Assembly (NCBI GenBank): GCA_034436255.1 | Contig: DAOTVV010000208.1 | Span: forward strand, 1 to 51,285 | Reading direction: 5' to 3' | Source of the DNA: Anaerolineae bacterium | Lineage (GTDB): Bacteria > Chloroflexota > Anaerolineae > DRVO01 | DNA: 51,285 bases | Shown here: piece by piece, positions 1 through 9,381 of the stretch | Position numbering within the stretch: the first letter of the stretch is position 1 | How the letters are laid out: every line of letters begins with the position of its first letter | The notes under the pieces: generated by a model | Seen by the model: only the letters and a program-made list of their open reading frames with translations | What the model was told of the DNA's origin: nothing | Database searches by the model: none | Translations under genes and position numbers: made by a program

Positions 1-1
1 G

Positions 2-238
2 CGCCTGGTGTTGCGCTGGTCGAGTCGCTGCCTCTTGCTGTCCGAAGGCAGGATCATTGCCGACGGCAAGCCAGATGCCGTGCTGAGCGACGCCAGCGCT
101 CTGGAACGCGCCGGCATGCGCCCGCCCATGCTCGCCCGCCTCATCCAGGCCCTCGCCCCGTACGGAATGCCAGCAGCAGAACTGACGGCTTCAGCAGTTG
201 GTCAGGCCTATCTGAACCTGCTTGGCGGGCCACAATGA
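2..238 (+). CDS. ecfA: ECF/ABC transporter ATPase component, C-terminal fragment (5' end lies outside the window)
   Basis: The frame is open from the window edge. The tail ...LLLSEGRIIADGKPDAVLSD... looks like the end of an ABC ATPase. Its stop overlaps the ATG of the downstream EcfT-like gene (ATGA at 235-238). Confidence 0.6.
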   Translation, partial: RLVLRWSSRCLLLSEGRIIADGKPDAVLSDASALERAGMRPPMLARLIQALAPYGMPAAELTASAVGQAYLNLLGGPQ

Positions 239-1038
239 GCATCAGCGAGATGTACGAGCCGGGGCGATCCTGGCTGCACCGCGCCGACCCGCGGCTTAAA
301 CTCGCACTTGCGGTCTCGATTGCCGTGGTACTGCTCAGCTACAACAACGTGGTCTTCATGCTCCTTGCCCTGGCGCTCACCGTCGGCACACTGCGCCTGG
401 CGGGCATCTCCGGGCAGCGGCTCAAGGCTATCTGGACCATCCTCCTGCCGGTGGCTGTGCTGATCCCCGTCCTCTGGCCTGTCTTCTACCATTCCGGGCC
501 AGTATTACTGACCTGGTGGAAGCTGAAGCTGACCGCCTGGGCCGTTGCCCAGGGCATAGCGGCATCAGCGCGTGTGGTGACGTTGGGGTTCCTTTCGGCG
601 GCAGTGCTCCTCACCACCGATATGCGCGCCCTGCTGCGAGGACTGGTGCACCTCGGCCTGCCCTACCAGGGCGCGCTCACCGTCACCATTTCCATCAGCT
701 ACATACCGCGCATCCAGCGAACGTTCGAGCAAGTCACTGAAGCACAGATGGCGAGGGGCTTCGATCTATCCTCCGGCGGCTTTCTCGGCCGGGCAAGAGC
801 GCGCATCCCCGTGCTGGTAGCAGCGCTTGTCAGCACTTTCCGTTCCGCCGAGACCCTATCGCGGGCTCTCGAGTGCCGCGGCTTCGGCCGCACCGATGCC
901 CGCCGGACTTCCCTCTATGAGATACACTGGCGCCCCACCGATACGCGCATCGCCGTGGCCTGCGGCCTCGTCATTGTCGTCCTCCTGAGCATTCGCTTCG
1001 CGACCGGCTTCGGCGCACATCCGCTTCTCCCGCGGTAG
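235..1038 (+). CDS. ecfT: Energy-coupling factor transporter transmembrane component (EcfT/CbiQ family)
   Basis: 267-aa polytopic protein with the CbiQ-type coupling-helix region (...EAQMARGFDL..., ...ALECRGFG...). Translationally coupled to the upstream ATPase. Confidence 0.8.
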   Translation: MSISEMYEPGRSWLHRADPRLKLALAVSIAVVLLSYNNVVFMLLALALTVGTLRLAGISGQRLKAIWTILLPVAVLIPVLWPVFYHSGPVLLTWWKLKLTAWAVAQGIAASARVVTLGFLSAAVLLTTDMRALLRGLVHLGLPYQGALTVTISISYIPRIQRTFEQVTEAQMARGFDLSSGGFLGRARARIPVLVAALVSTFRSAETLSRALECRGFGRTDARRTSLYEIHWRPTDTRIAVACGLVIVVLLSIRFATGFGAHPLLPR

Positions 1039-1092
1039 TTACAGGCCGACCTCCGGCACAGCTGCGCTGCCTTCGAGCCGAGCGACGGCCTC

Positions 1093-2121
1093 CTACAGGC
1101 TCGGGAATAGCCGCTCAGCATTGGCATGGTAGACCTGCTCGAGCACCGCGTCGGGCAGGTAGATGCCATAGACGTTCCAGCGGCCCTGGTCCGGCCGCTC
1201 GCCATACTTGTAGGGGAAGTACTCGTCGGCAGTCTCCAGGAAGCGGAAGTAGGGAGCATAGTTGTCGACTTTCACCGCTTCATCAAGGCCAAAGAGGATG
1301 CGATCCGGGTATTTCAGGAAGAACGCCCGTGCCGAGTAGGGCTGCCGGCCAAGTTCAGCCAGCCTGGCGGAGATGTCCACGTTCAGGTTCGCGTATTCGT
1401 CCAGCAGCGAAGAGACGAAGGCGAGGTCCTCTGAGCAACTGGCCACGTGAGCGCTCACGAAAAGCGTGTCCGGGTTCGCTGCCAGCAGGTTGCGCTGCTG
1501 CTCCATGAGTTGCTCGAAGCTGGGGAACTGTGGCCCGTAGAAGTGCCAGTCCGGGTGTTCCTGCAGTTCCTCCCAGCGCTCGTTGGTCGGCCCGAGCGGC
1601 CGGAAGAAAGCCTTGGGGTCGGCGATGTGGAAAAGTACGGGCACGCGCAGCCTGGCGGCTCGTTCCCAGATGGGCTTGAGCAGCGCGTCGTCGGCCCGCA
1701 GCAGGCGGCCATCCGGGCCCTTCCAGTGCAGCCCCAGGCGCTTGAATATCTTGATCCCCCGTGCGCCACGGCGCACTCCCTCCTCCACCTGGTCCGCCGC
1801 CCAGGCTCCGAAGCCGGGCTCGCTGGCGCGGGAAAAGTCTATGTTGAGCAAGGTTGCGAAGCGTCCAGGATAAGCCCGCTCGTAGCGATCGAGGCTCTCC
1901 ACCAGGGCGTCGCCCCAGCGCCCGTCAAGGTTGATCACGCAACGAATGTTGCACTCGTCCATCACGGCCACCGCCTGCCCGGGGTCGGCTGCCCATGCGC
2001 CCCGCCACTTGCCCAGATGATTGTGTGCATCCACGGCCGGGAACTTGGCGCGCCGGATATCATGCTCTGGCACGACCAGATTCGATTCGGGCCAGAAGTC
2101 CCGCAAGAGCAAATCGCTCAT
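1093..2121 (-). CDS. Amidohydrolase-2 (COG2159-type metal-dependent TIM-barrel hydrolase)
   Basis: Motifs AVDAHNHLG, FHIADP, SAHVAS and LFGLDE are present. I prefer the ATG at 2121 because a GGAGG lies 6 nt upstream. The ORF-track start at 2172 would add 17 aa. Confidence 0.75.
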   Translation of the reverse strand: MSDLLLRDFWPESNLVVPEHDIRRAKFPAVDAHNHLGKWRGAWAADPGQAVAVMDECNIRCVINLDGRWGDALVESLDRYERAYPGRFATLLNIDFSRASEPGFGAWAADQVEEGVRRGARGIKIFKRLGLHWKGPDGRLLRADDALLKPIWERAARLRVPVLFHIADPKAFFRPLGPTNERWEELQEHPDWHFYGPQFPSFEQLMEQQRNLLAANPDTLFVSAHVASCSEDLAFVSSLLDEYANLNVDISARLAELGRQPYSARAFFLKYPDRILFGLDEAVKVDNYAPYFRFLETADEYFPYKYGERPDQGRWNVYGIYLPDAVLEQVYHANAERLFPSL

Positions 2122-2294
2122 TGCTCGCCTCCATGCTTGGTCACGGGCCGGCAGCGCGGCCCACATTTCCACATGTTACGCCCTCCTTCGCGCCCCGGTC
2201 AATCCCCCGGCGCGGCGCCTCTATCCCCAAAGCTGCATGGTTGCACCTGCGTGGGTCCAGCGCACTCGGTCAGCGTTCACTTTGGCGCGGGCCT

Positions 2295-2323
2295 TTGACC
2301 CCACTTTTGCGCGCCCTTATAAT
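2295..2323 (+). promoter_or_regulatory. Predicted sigma70-type promoter: TTGACC, 17-nt spacer, TATAAT
   Basis: The -35 TTGACC is at 2295-2300 and a perfect -10 TATAAT is at 2318-2323. It lies about 45 nt upstream of the S1-domain gene ATG. Confidence 0.55.
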
Positions 2324-2367
2324 AACGTACGAGCTGTGGACACTCAGGGTTAGAAGAGGCTTTGTGT

Positions 2368-3360
2368 ATGTTTAGCAGGGCGGAAGACGACCGTAGGCAG
2401 ACTCTATGGTGCAGAGACGAGGCTTACTGGTCCATGCTCCTGCAGCAAGAGCGCGAGGAGAGCGAGCCGGCTGTCGCCTTCCTCGGCCAGAAGGGGTGCA
2501 TCGCCTGGGATGGCTTCAAGCGCATCGCCGGCCGGTCCGTCAATCGCCGGCCGCTGGATCCAGGCGAGCAGGAAGCGTGGAACGAGCTTGAGAGCTGCTT
2601 GCATTCCACCAAGGTGCTGAGCGTGAAAGCGACGGGCTACAACCGGGGCGGGCTTCTGGTCAAGATAGGAGGCCTGCAGGGTTTCATCCCCTCATCACAA
2701 ATCAAGGATCTGCCGCGCCAGCTTGACGAGGAAACCCGTGCCAGCCAGATGGCGGCCTATGTCGGCCGTGAGCTACTCTGCCGCGTCATCGAACTGGATC
2801 ACGATCGCAACCGCATAATCCTCTCGGAGCGAGCAGCCACACCGGACGGACTGCAAGCCGAACAGCTGCTGGATGTGCTCAGGGATGGCAGCATCTGTCA
2901 CGGGCGTATCAGCAACATCTGCAACTTCGGCGCCTTTGTGGACCTGGGCGGGCTGGAGGGCCTGGTTCACATCAGTGAGCTTTCCTGGCGCCGCATCGAG
3001 GACCCAAGCGAGGTCGTCAAGCTGAACCAAGAAGTGGACGCGTATGTGCTCTCAGTGGACAAGGAGCGCCGGCGCGTCGGACTTAGCCTGAAACGCCTGC
3101 AGCCGGACCCGTGGGACGGGATCGAGGAACGCTACCAGGTTGGCCAGGTCGTTGAGGGGCGCGTCACCAACGTGGTCGAGTTCGGCGTCTTCGCCAGCAT
3201 AAGCGAAGGCGTCGAGGGTCTGGTCCATATCTCGGAGATGGACATAGAGCCCTCTGAGGACCCGCGTGACCTGATCCAGGAGGGCGAGATAATCGGGGTA
3301 CGTATCTTGCACATTGACCGTGAAGGACGGCGTCTGGGCCTGAGCATGAGGGGCCTCTGA
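2368..3360 (+). CDS. S1 RNA-binding domain protein (three S1/OB repeats after an ~85-aa unique N-terminal region)
   Basis: There are three repeats of the G.V..V...G.fV.l....GlvHiSE pattern (for example GRISNICNFGAFVDLGGLEGLVHISEL). The ATG at 2368 is preceded by AGAAGAGG. Confidence 0.8.
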   Translation: MFSRAEDDRRQTLWCRDEAYWSMLLQQEREESEPAVAFLGQKGCIAWDGFKRIAGRSVNRRPLDPGEQEAWNELESCLHSTKVLSVKATGYNRGGLLVKIGGLQGFIPSSQIKDLPRQLDEETRASQMAAYVGRELLCRVIELDHDRNRIILSERAATPDGLQAEQLLDVLRDGSICHGRISNICNFGAFVDLGGLEGLVHISELSWRRIEDPSEVVKLNQEVDAYVLSVDKERRRVGLSLKRLQPDPWDGIEERYQVGQVVEGRVTNVVEFGVFASISEGVEGLVHISEMDIEPSEDPRDLIQEGEIIGVRILHIDREGRRLGLSMRGL

Positions 3361-3404
3361 ACTATGGCATTGGGCGCTTACTGCTTTCTCCCCATCGCTA
3401 AGAA

Positions 3405-5732
3405 GTGCTCGCGCAAGCTATAACGGCGGGCACGAGGATAGTGTTGGCTTTGCCGATGCGTAACAGTGGCAGCGCGCACACCATCTATAGCACTCGACAG
3501 CTGGCCGACGATCTCAGGCATCACCGCATGCAGATCGTCGGCTTGCTCGTTGTCGCCATGGGGATGGCCGTTTTCGCGGCCATGCTCGGCCTGACGCGCG
3601 GCGCCATCGTCTCCAGTCTAAGTGAGGCATTGCTACGCCTCTTCGGCATCGGCGCGCCAGCGGTCGCCCTTGCCATAGTGATCTTCGGCGGGCTGCTTAC
3701 CCTGGCCAAGTGGATGCGGCCGAAAGCCGGCCAGGGGCGTCAGGCACTTGGCCTGGCACTCCTGTGGGTCGCCAGCATGGTGCTCAGCGAGGCGGTCTCA
3801 CCTTCGCTGGCAGGCGCCAGGTGGAGTTTCGGCGGTGCGATGGGCCGTGCTCTAGCCGTAGCGTTCAGCGGCATCGGCGGCCGCCCACTGGTCTGGCTAG
3901 CGGGGCTGGGCCTGGCCGTGGAAGGCATCTATCTCGTTGCCCGGCTGTCCTGGCGCCGAACGTTGCTCAGCCTCTCTGCCCTCGCGGCCGTTGTCGGTCG
4001 CTGGCTTATCTCGGCCCTCAGCCGGGTGACTGCCAGGTACCGGAGCAAGGCCCGTGCGCCCGAACCAGAGTTGATGGAGCAGCGCGGCGCCATTGCGCGG
4101 GCGAGCATCGCAGTGGCGGCGCCGGAAGCGGAAAAGCGTGCCATTGCCAGCGATATTGAGGATGCAGAGGAGGCCGGCGCTGAGGCCAATGCCAGCACTG
4201 AGATAACAGCGCTCGCCACAGATACAGGCACTGCTCCTGAGCCAACCTGCGAGGGCCGACAACTGCCGCCTCTCGAGTTGCTGGATGCGCCGGGCAGCGA
4301 CGAAAGCGATGAGGCTTACGAGGAACCAGAGGACCTGAGCCGCGACATCGAGGACACGCTCGACGCTTTGGGCATCCCTGGAAAAGTGCGCGTGGTCGAG
4401 CGGGGGCCGGCGGTGACCCGCTACGGCGTCGAGCCCGGCTACCTCGACAAAGAGTCCGCCGATGGCCTGATCCGGCGCAAGGTGCGGGTTAGCCGCATCG
4501 CCGCCGTCAGTGACGACCTCGCTCTGGCGCTCGGCGCTGCACCGATACGCATCGAGGCGCCCATACCGGGCAAACCACTCGTCGGCATCGAGGTGCCCAA
4601 CCCTTCGCGGGCCAAGGTGCGCATCCGCGAGGTGCTGGAGTCGCGCGAGTATCAGCAGGCGAACTTCGAACTCAAGATTGCCCTGGGCGAGGACATCACC
4701 GGCCGCCCTTATGTGACCGCCCTGGAGAATGCCCCGCATCTGCTCATCGCCGGGGCCACCAACTCCGGCAAATCGGTGTGCATTTCAGCCATCCTGACCA
4801 GCCTGCTCTACGCCTACCAGCCCGAGCAGGTGCGGCTCCTGCTCATAGACCCCAAACGCGTCGAACTGATGCGTTACAACGGGATACCGCACTTGCTGGG
4901 CAGGGTGGAGGCTGACGTAGAGGGCTGCATCGCCGCCCTGCGCTGGGCCGGGCAGGAAATGGATGAGCGTTACCGAGAATTCGCCCGCGTGGGTGTGAAG
5001 GATATCGCCGGCTATAACCGCTCTCGCCCCGAGGACGCCAAGCCCTATCCGCGCTTCGTCATTGTCATTGACGAACTCTCCGACTTGATGATGACGGCCG
5101 GTGAAGAGGTCGAGCTGGCAATCTGCCGCCTGGCGCAGAAGGCTAGAGCGACTGGCATCCACCTTGTCGTCGCCACACAGCGGCCGTCTGTGGACGTGGT
5201 CACCGGCGTGATCAAAGCGAACTTCCCGGCGCGTATCGCTTTCCACGTCGCTACCAACACCGACTCACGCGTGATCCTCGATGGCCCTGGGGCCGAAAGC
5301 CTGATCGGCCATGGCGACATGCTCTTCCTGGACCCCTCGCTCAAGAGGGCAGTGCGGCTGCAGGGGTCGTATGTCTCCGAGGAGGAGACGCGGCGTCTGG
5401 TCGCTCACTGGCGAGCGCAGGTGGGAACAAACGAAATGCTGCCCGTCTGCCCCTGGGCTGGCTTGCTGGAAGCGCGTGACTCTGCCGAAGACGATGAAGA
5501 CGATTTGCTGATCCAGGCCGAGGCCATCGCGCGCGAGTCCAGCTCGATCAGCGCTTCGTACCTGCAGCGGCGCCTCAAGATCGGCTACCCGCGGGCGGCC
5601 CATCTGCTGGACCGGCTGCAGAAGATGGGCGTCGTCGGCAACGGGCCTTCGGGTCGCCCTCGCCCAGTGCTAGCCCACTCAGACAATAGGACGGACGAGG
5701 ATGACCCGGCCGCGGAGCCCGGCGGGGGCTAG
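3405..5732 (+). CDS. ftsK: DNA translocase FtsK/SpoIIIE
   Basis: It has N-terminal TM helices, an acidic linker, a Walker A (GATNSGKS), a Walker B (VIVIDELSDL) and a C-terminal gamma winged-helix (ASYLQRRLKIGYPRAAHLLD). The start is uncertain: GTG at 3405 or ATG at 3456. Confidence 0.9.
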   Translation: MLAQAITAGTRIVLALPMRNSGSAHTIYSTRQLADDLRHHRMQIVGLLVVAMGMAVFAAMLGLTRGAIVSSLSEALLRLFGIGAPAVALAIVIFGGLLTLAKWMRPKAGQGRQALGLALLWVASMVLSEAVSPSLAGARWSFGGAMGRALAVAFSGIGGRPLVWLAGLGLAVEGIYLVARLSWRRTLLSLSALAAVVGRWLISALSRVTARYRSKARAPEPELMEQRGAIARASIAVAAPEAEKRAIASDIEDAEEAGAEANASTEITALATDTGTAPEPTCEGRQLPPLELLDAPGSDESDEAYEEPEDLSRDIEDTLDALGIPGKVRVVERGPAVTRYGVEPGYLDKESADGLIRRKVRVSRIAAVSDDLALALGAAPIRIEAPIPGKPLVGIEVPNPSRAKVRIREVLESREYQQANFELKIALGEDITGRPYVTALENAPHLLIAGATNSGKSVCISAILTSLLYAYQPEQVRLLLIDPKRVELMRYNGIPHLLGRVEADVEGCIAALRWAGQEMDERYREFARVGVKDIAGYNRSRPEDAKPYPRFVIVIDELSDLMMTAGEEVELAICRLAQKARATGIHLVVATQRPSVDVVTGVIKANFPARIAFHVATNTDSRVILDGPGAESLIGHGDMLFLDPSLKRAVRLQGSYVSEEETRRLVAHWRAQVGTNEMLPVCPWAGLLEARDSAEDDEDDLLIQAEAIARESSSISASYLQRRLKIGYPRAAHLLDRLQKMGVVGNGPSGRPRPVLAHSDNRTDEDDPAAEPGGG

Positions 5733-5733
5733 C

Positions 5734-5964
5734 ATGGGCACGGACAGTCCGGCACGAGGTTCTTCAGTGTCGAGACCGGCGACTGTGGTCGCAGTGCTGC
5801 CCGATAGGCTGTATTCTCTCCGGTTGGAGGATGGCTCTTTGGTGACCGCACACATCGCCGCAGCGATGCGTTTGCACTGCGTCCGGCTTCTGGAGGGAGA
5901 ACGAGTCGTGGTGGAGCTTTCCCCTTTCGATCCTGGCCGGGGCAGGATAGTGAGGCGCGCCTAG
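5734..5964 (+). CDS. infA: Translation initiation factor IF-1-like S1/OB-fold protein (divergent)
   Basis: ...VVAVLPDRLYSLRLEDGSLVTAHIAAAMRLHCVRLLEGERVVVELSPFDPGRGRIVRR aligns by eye with the IF-1 consensus (..VEALPNAMFRVELENGH.VLAHISGKMR...I.PGD.V.VELSPYDL.RGRI.YR). The ATG lies 2 nt after the ftsK stop. An alternative GTG start is at 5767. Confidence 0.6.
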   Translation: MGTDSPARGSSVSRPATVVAVLPDRLYSLRLEDGSLVTAHIAAAMRLHCVRLLEGERVVVELSPFDPGRGRIVRRA

Positions 5965-5965
5965 T

Positions 5966-6643
5966 ATGAGGAGCAACAAGGGCATATTCTGGAGTGCCCT
6001 GGCCGTAGGTTTCTCAGGCGCCATGATCCCGGGCCCGATGCTGGCGCTGGTGCTCTCGCTCAGCGTGAAGGGGCGTTTCTGGGGCAGCATGGGCGTCGTT
6101 CTGGGGCATGTCCTCCTGGAGGCGGCCCTGGTGCTTGCGCTCGCTCTCGGTGCGGGGAAGCTCTTGCGGCTGCCGCTCGTGAGCGCCGTTGTCGGCCTTG
6201 TCGGTGGCGCTCTTCTCTGCTACATGGGGGGCAGCGTGCTCTTGGCGTTAGCACACAACGCCGGCGCGCTGGCGGCGAGCGCTGATGCCGGCATCGCCAC
6301 TGCTCCGGTCCTGGCGGGCGTGGTCGTCAGTGCTTCCAACCCCAGTTTCACAATGTGGTGGAGCGCAGTCGGCGTCGGTTACGTGGCGATGTCTCTCCAG
6401 CGCGGGCCGCTTGGCCTGGCATCGTTTTACGCAGGGCACACGCTTTCCGACTGGGTCTGGTATGCACTCGTGGCCGGCCTGGTGGTCAGCGGGCGGAATG
6501 TGCTCGCTGGCCGGGCCTACACCTGGGTGATCGGCGGTTGTGCCTTACTGTTGGCGGGCTTTGGGCTATATTTCGTCTATCTGGGAGCGCGGCAGCTTGC
6601 ACAAGCTCTAGCCCGCAGACCTGGCGTCGAGGCGCGAGCTTGA
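5966..6643 (+). CDS. LysE/RhtB-family amino-acid exporter
   Basis: 225-aa protein with about 6 TM helices. The N-terminal GAMIPGPMLALVL motif is typical of the LysE family. Confidence 0.7.
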   Translation: MRSNKGIFWSALAVGFSGAMIPGPMLALVLSLSVKGRFWGSMGVVLGHVLLEAALVLALALGAGKLLRLPLVSAVVGLVGGALLCYMGGSVLLALAHNAGALAASADAGIATAPVLAGVVVSASNPSFTMWWSAVGVGYVAMSLQRGPLGLASFYAGHTLSDWVWYALVAGLVVSGRNVLAGRAYTWVIGGCALLLAGFGLYFVYLGARQLAQALARRPGVEARA

Positions 6644-7458
6644 TCCACATCGGCACGAGCGGTTTCTCGTATAAGGATTGGATCGGGCACTTCTACCCCG
6701 AGGGCCTGCCGCAAGGGCGCTGGCTCGAGTACTACGCCCGGCATTTTCACACCTGCGAGCTCAACTACACTTTCTACCGCATGCCCACGGCGGCTGCGCT
6801 GGCGAAAATGGCGAGCCGGGTCCCCCCGGACTTTCGCTTTGCCGTGAAGGCTTTCCAGGGCATCACGCACGAACGAGAAGGTGTTGAGGACTACCTGTCC
6901 CAGTTCAGCGAGGCGGTGCAACCGCTCTGGCAGGCGGGACAACTCGGGGCCGTTCTACTGCAGTTCCCTTATTCGTTCCACCCCGACGCACGCGCCGAGG
7001 ACCTGCTGAAGCGGTGCAAGGAGGGGCTCGATGGCTTGCCGATCGTCGTGGAGATGCGCAACCAGGCCTGGTTGCGCGAAGATCTGTTCGGCCTGCTGCG
7101 CCGGCTTGGGTTCGGTTTCTGCTGTGTTGACGAGCCGCGCCTACCCGGTCTGATGCCACCGATTGCCATCGCCACTGCGCCCGTCGCCTATGTCCGCTTC
7201 CATGGGCGGAACGCGGCCAAGTGGTTCACCGCAGAGGAAGGTTGGGAGCGCTACGATTACACCTACTCCCGTGACGAACTGCTGGAGTGGGTGCCGAAGA
7301 TCAGAAGCCTGGACGAGCAGGCCGAAGACACGTATGTTTATGCAAACAATCATTGGCAGGGACAGGCCACGGATACGGCCAGGCAGCTTCGCTTGCTGCT
7401 AGAGAGCCCTGCTCCAGACCTGCGCCAAGCAGAGGAGGGAACCGATGTCCGGTCATAG
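6640..7458 (+). CDS. DUF72 family protein
   Basis: (L)IHIGTSGFSYKDWIGHFYPEGL is the hallmark DUF72 N-terminus. I chose the TTG at 6640, which overlaps the LysE stop (TTGA). The ORF-track extension back to 6355 overlaps the LysE gene and is rejected. Confidence 0.8.
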   Translation: MIHIGTSGFSYKDWIGHFYPEGLPQGRWLEYYARHFHTCELNYTFYRMPTAAALAKMASRVPPDFRFAVKAFQGITHEREGVEDYLSQFSEAVQPLWQAGQLGAVLLQFPYSFHPDARAEDLLKRCKEGLDGLPIVVEMRNQAWLREDLFGLLRRLGFGFCCVDEPRLPGLMPPIAIATAPVAYVRFHGRNAAKWFTAEEGWERYDYTYSRDELLEWVPKIRSLDEQAEDTYVYANNHWQGQATDTARQLRLLLESPAPDLRQAEEGTDVRS

Positions 7459-8197
7459 CAAATGGGCGAAGATAAAGAGGAAGAAGGGTGAGGCTGACGT
7501 CAAGAGAGGCGCCATCTTCACCAAGATCGGCCGCGAGATACAGATTGCCGCTCGCGAGGGCGGCGACCCTGACACGAACTTCAGGCTGCGCCTGATACTG
7601 GAGAAAGCCCGCGAAGCCAATATGCCCAAGGAAAACATCGAGCGGGCCATCAAGCGAGGCACCGGAGACGACAAGAGCGTGGTCCTGGAAGAGATCATGT
7701 ACGAGGCCTACGGTCCCCACGGTGTGGCCTTCTTGATCGAAGTCCTGACAGACAACCGCAACCGCAGCGTTGCTGAGGTCAGACGGGTGTTCAACCGTAT
7801 GGGCGGCAGCCTGGGCGAGAGCGGCAGTGTCTCCTGGATGTTCGAACTGAAGGGTTACCTGTCCGTGGATGCCACCAAGGCCGACCCGGACGAGATTTCG
7901 CTCGTGGCCATTGATGCCGGGGCCGACGATGTGGTCCCGGGCGATGGCTTGGTCGAGGTCTACACTCAGCCGGGCGACCTCCGGAAGGTCCAGGATGCCC
8001 TGAAGGCAGCTGGCTACGAAGTGTCCAGTGCCGAACTCTCGATGATCCCCAAGACGCAAGTAGAACTCTCACCCGCCGACACCATGCAGGTGATGCGGGT
8101 GATAGACGCGCTCGAGGAACTGGACGACGTGACCAACGTCTACACCAACCTGAACATCAGCGACGAGGTCCTGGCCCAGTACGAACACGCGGCTTGA
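7445..8197 (+). CDS. yebC: YebC/PmpR-family DNA-binding regulator
   Basis: The N-terminus MSGHSKWAKIKRKKG is canonical and the protein is full length (250 aa). A GGAGGGA RBS lies upstream. Confidence 0.92.
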   Translation: MSGHSKWAKIKRKKGEADVKRGAIFTKIGREIQIAAREGGDPDTNFRLRLILEKAREANMPKENIERAIKRGTGDDKSVVLEEIMYEAYGPHGVAFLIEVLTDNRNRSVAEVRRVFNRMGGSLGESGSVSWMFELKGYLSVDATKADPDEISLVAIDAGADDVVPGDGLVEVYTQPGDLRKVQDALKAAGYEVSSAELSMIPKTQVELSPADTMQVMRVIDALEELDDVTNVYTNLNISDEVLAQYEHAA

Positions 8198-8697
8198 TGC
8201 TTGTACTCGGTATTGACCCCGGCACCGCGACTACCGGCTATGCAGTTGTGCTTGGCGGTGAGTGCGAGTGCCGCCTGCTGGATAGCGGCGTCTTGCTCAC
8301 CCAGGCTGGGCGCCCGCCCGGCGAGCGGCTGCAGGGTATCTACCAGGGCGTGCTTGCTCTGGCCCGCCAGCACAAACCCGATGCGGCGGCGGTCGAGGAG
8401 TTGTTCTTCAGCCGCAATGTGCGCACCGCACTGGCGGTGGGGCAGGCACGTGGCGTTGTGCTGCTCGCTCTCACGGATGCCGGGGTACCGATCTTCGAAT
8501 ACACGCCAAACCAGGTCAAAGAGTCCGTGACCGGGTACGGCAATGCCGGCAAGCGCCAGGTGCAGGAAATGGTGCGCATGCTTCTGCGCCTGAGTGAAGT
8601 GCTGCAACCGGACGACGCAGCCGACGCGGCGGCCATCGCTCTGTGCCATCTGCAGCATTACCGCTTCGATCAGGCGCTGGCTGAGGCCGAAGGATGA
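8197..8697 (+). CDS. ruvC: Holliday junction resolvase RuvC
   Basis: Motifs MLVLGIDPG..TGYAV and DAADAAAIALCH are present. The ATG overlaps the yebC stop (TGATG). Confidence 0.9.
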   Translation: MLVLGIDPGTATTGYAVVLGGECECRLLDSGVLLTQAGRPPGERLQGIYQGVLALARQHKPDAAAVEELFFSRNVRTALAVGQARGVVLLALTDAGVPIFEYTPNQVKESVTGYGNAGKRQVQEMVRMLLRLSEVLQPDDAADAAAIALCHLQHYRFDQALAEAEG

Positions 8698-8701
8698 CGA
8701 C

Positions 8702-9274
8702 GTGATCGCAAGCCTGGCAGGCAATGTGCTCTTCACCGAAAACGACGCCGCTGTCATCGAGGCTGCGGGGATCGGCTTCCGCGTGCTCTTGCCAAGGCGC
8801 ACGCTCGCCCAGTTGCGCCCGGGCCAGCGGGCGCAATGCTTCACGCACCTGATCGTCGCCCAGAAGACGGGGGAACTCACGCTGGTCGGTTTCGAGAGCC
8901 GCGAGGAACTGGATCTCTTCATGCTGCTCCTTGGTGTCAGCGGTGTCGGCCCGAAAGCAGCGCTCTCGCTCGTTGACGCGCTCTCACCTGATGTGCTGCG
9001 CTCGGCCATCGCCAAGGAGCAGCCTGAGGTATTGCAGCGGGTGCCCGGTATCGGGCCGAAGACATCCCGGCGTATCATCTTCGACCTGAAGGACAGGCTG
9101 GGGGCGATTGGCGCCGGCGCGACCATGGTCACAAGTGACGACCTGGAACTCATCGAAGCGCTCACCGGCCTGGGGTATAGCCTGGTAGAGGCTCAGGCAG
9201 CCGTGCAGGCCCTGCCGCCTGGGGGCAGCTTCGAGGACAGGCTGCGCCAGGCCTTGGCGCAGTTTGCTCGTTAG
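8702..9274 (+). CDS. ruvA: Holliday junction branch-migration complex subunit RuvA
   Basis: Motifs (V)IASLAGNV...IEAAGIGFRVLLP and the HhH motifs LLGVSGVGPKAALSL and VPGIGPKTSRRI are present. The GTG at 8702 follows the ruvC stop directly. Confidence 0.88.
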   Translation: MIASLAGNVLFTENDAAVIEAAGIGFRVLLPRRTLAQLRPGQRAQCFTHLIVAQKTGELTLVGFESREELDLFMLLLGVSGVGPKAALSLVDALSPDVLRSAIAKEQPEVLQRVPGIGPKTSRRIIFDLKDRLGAIGAGATMVTSDDLELIEALTGLGYSLVEAQAAVQALPPGGSFEDRLRQALAQFAR

Positions 9275-9322
9275 TGCAGTGCGAGATGCACACGCCGCGA
9301 TATGCGGGCAGGCCGCTTGCCC

Positions 9323-9349
9323 GGCCGCACCCAGGCACGGTGTGCGGCC
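9323..9349 (+). terminator. Hairpin downstream of ruvA (8-bp GC stem, no U-tract)
   Basis: GGCCGCAC (9323-9330) pairs with GTGCGGCC (9342-9349), with an 11-nt loop. Confidence 0.3.
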
Positions 9350-9381
9350 CAGGCATGTAGCGGGCGTCTGAAGGGGAAACG

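Noticed and set aside
6355-6639. An N-terminal 95-aa extension of the DUF72 ORF in the ORF track.
   Set aside because: It lies entirely inside the LysE-family gene in another frame. The DUF72 hallmark N-terminus begins exactly at the TTG at 6640, which overlaps the LysE stop.
8140-9165. A 341-aa ORF on the minus strand spanning the ruvC-ruvA region.
   Set aside because: It is antisense to two genes with unmistakable RuvC and RuvA motifs. Its translation is Arg/Ser/Ala/Pro-rich low complexity with no recognisable domain. This is the usual stop-codon-poor antisense frame of GC-rich DNA.
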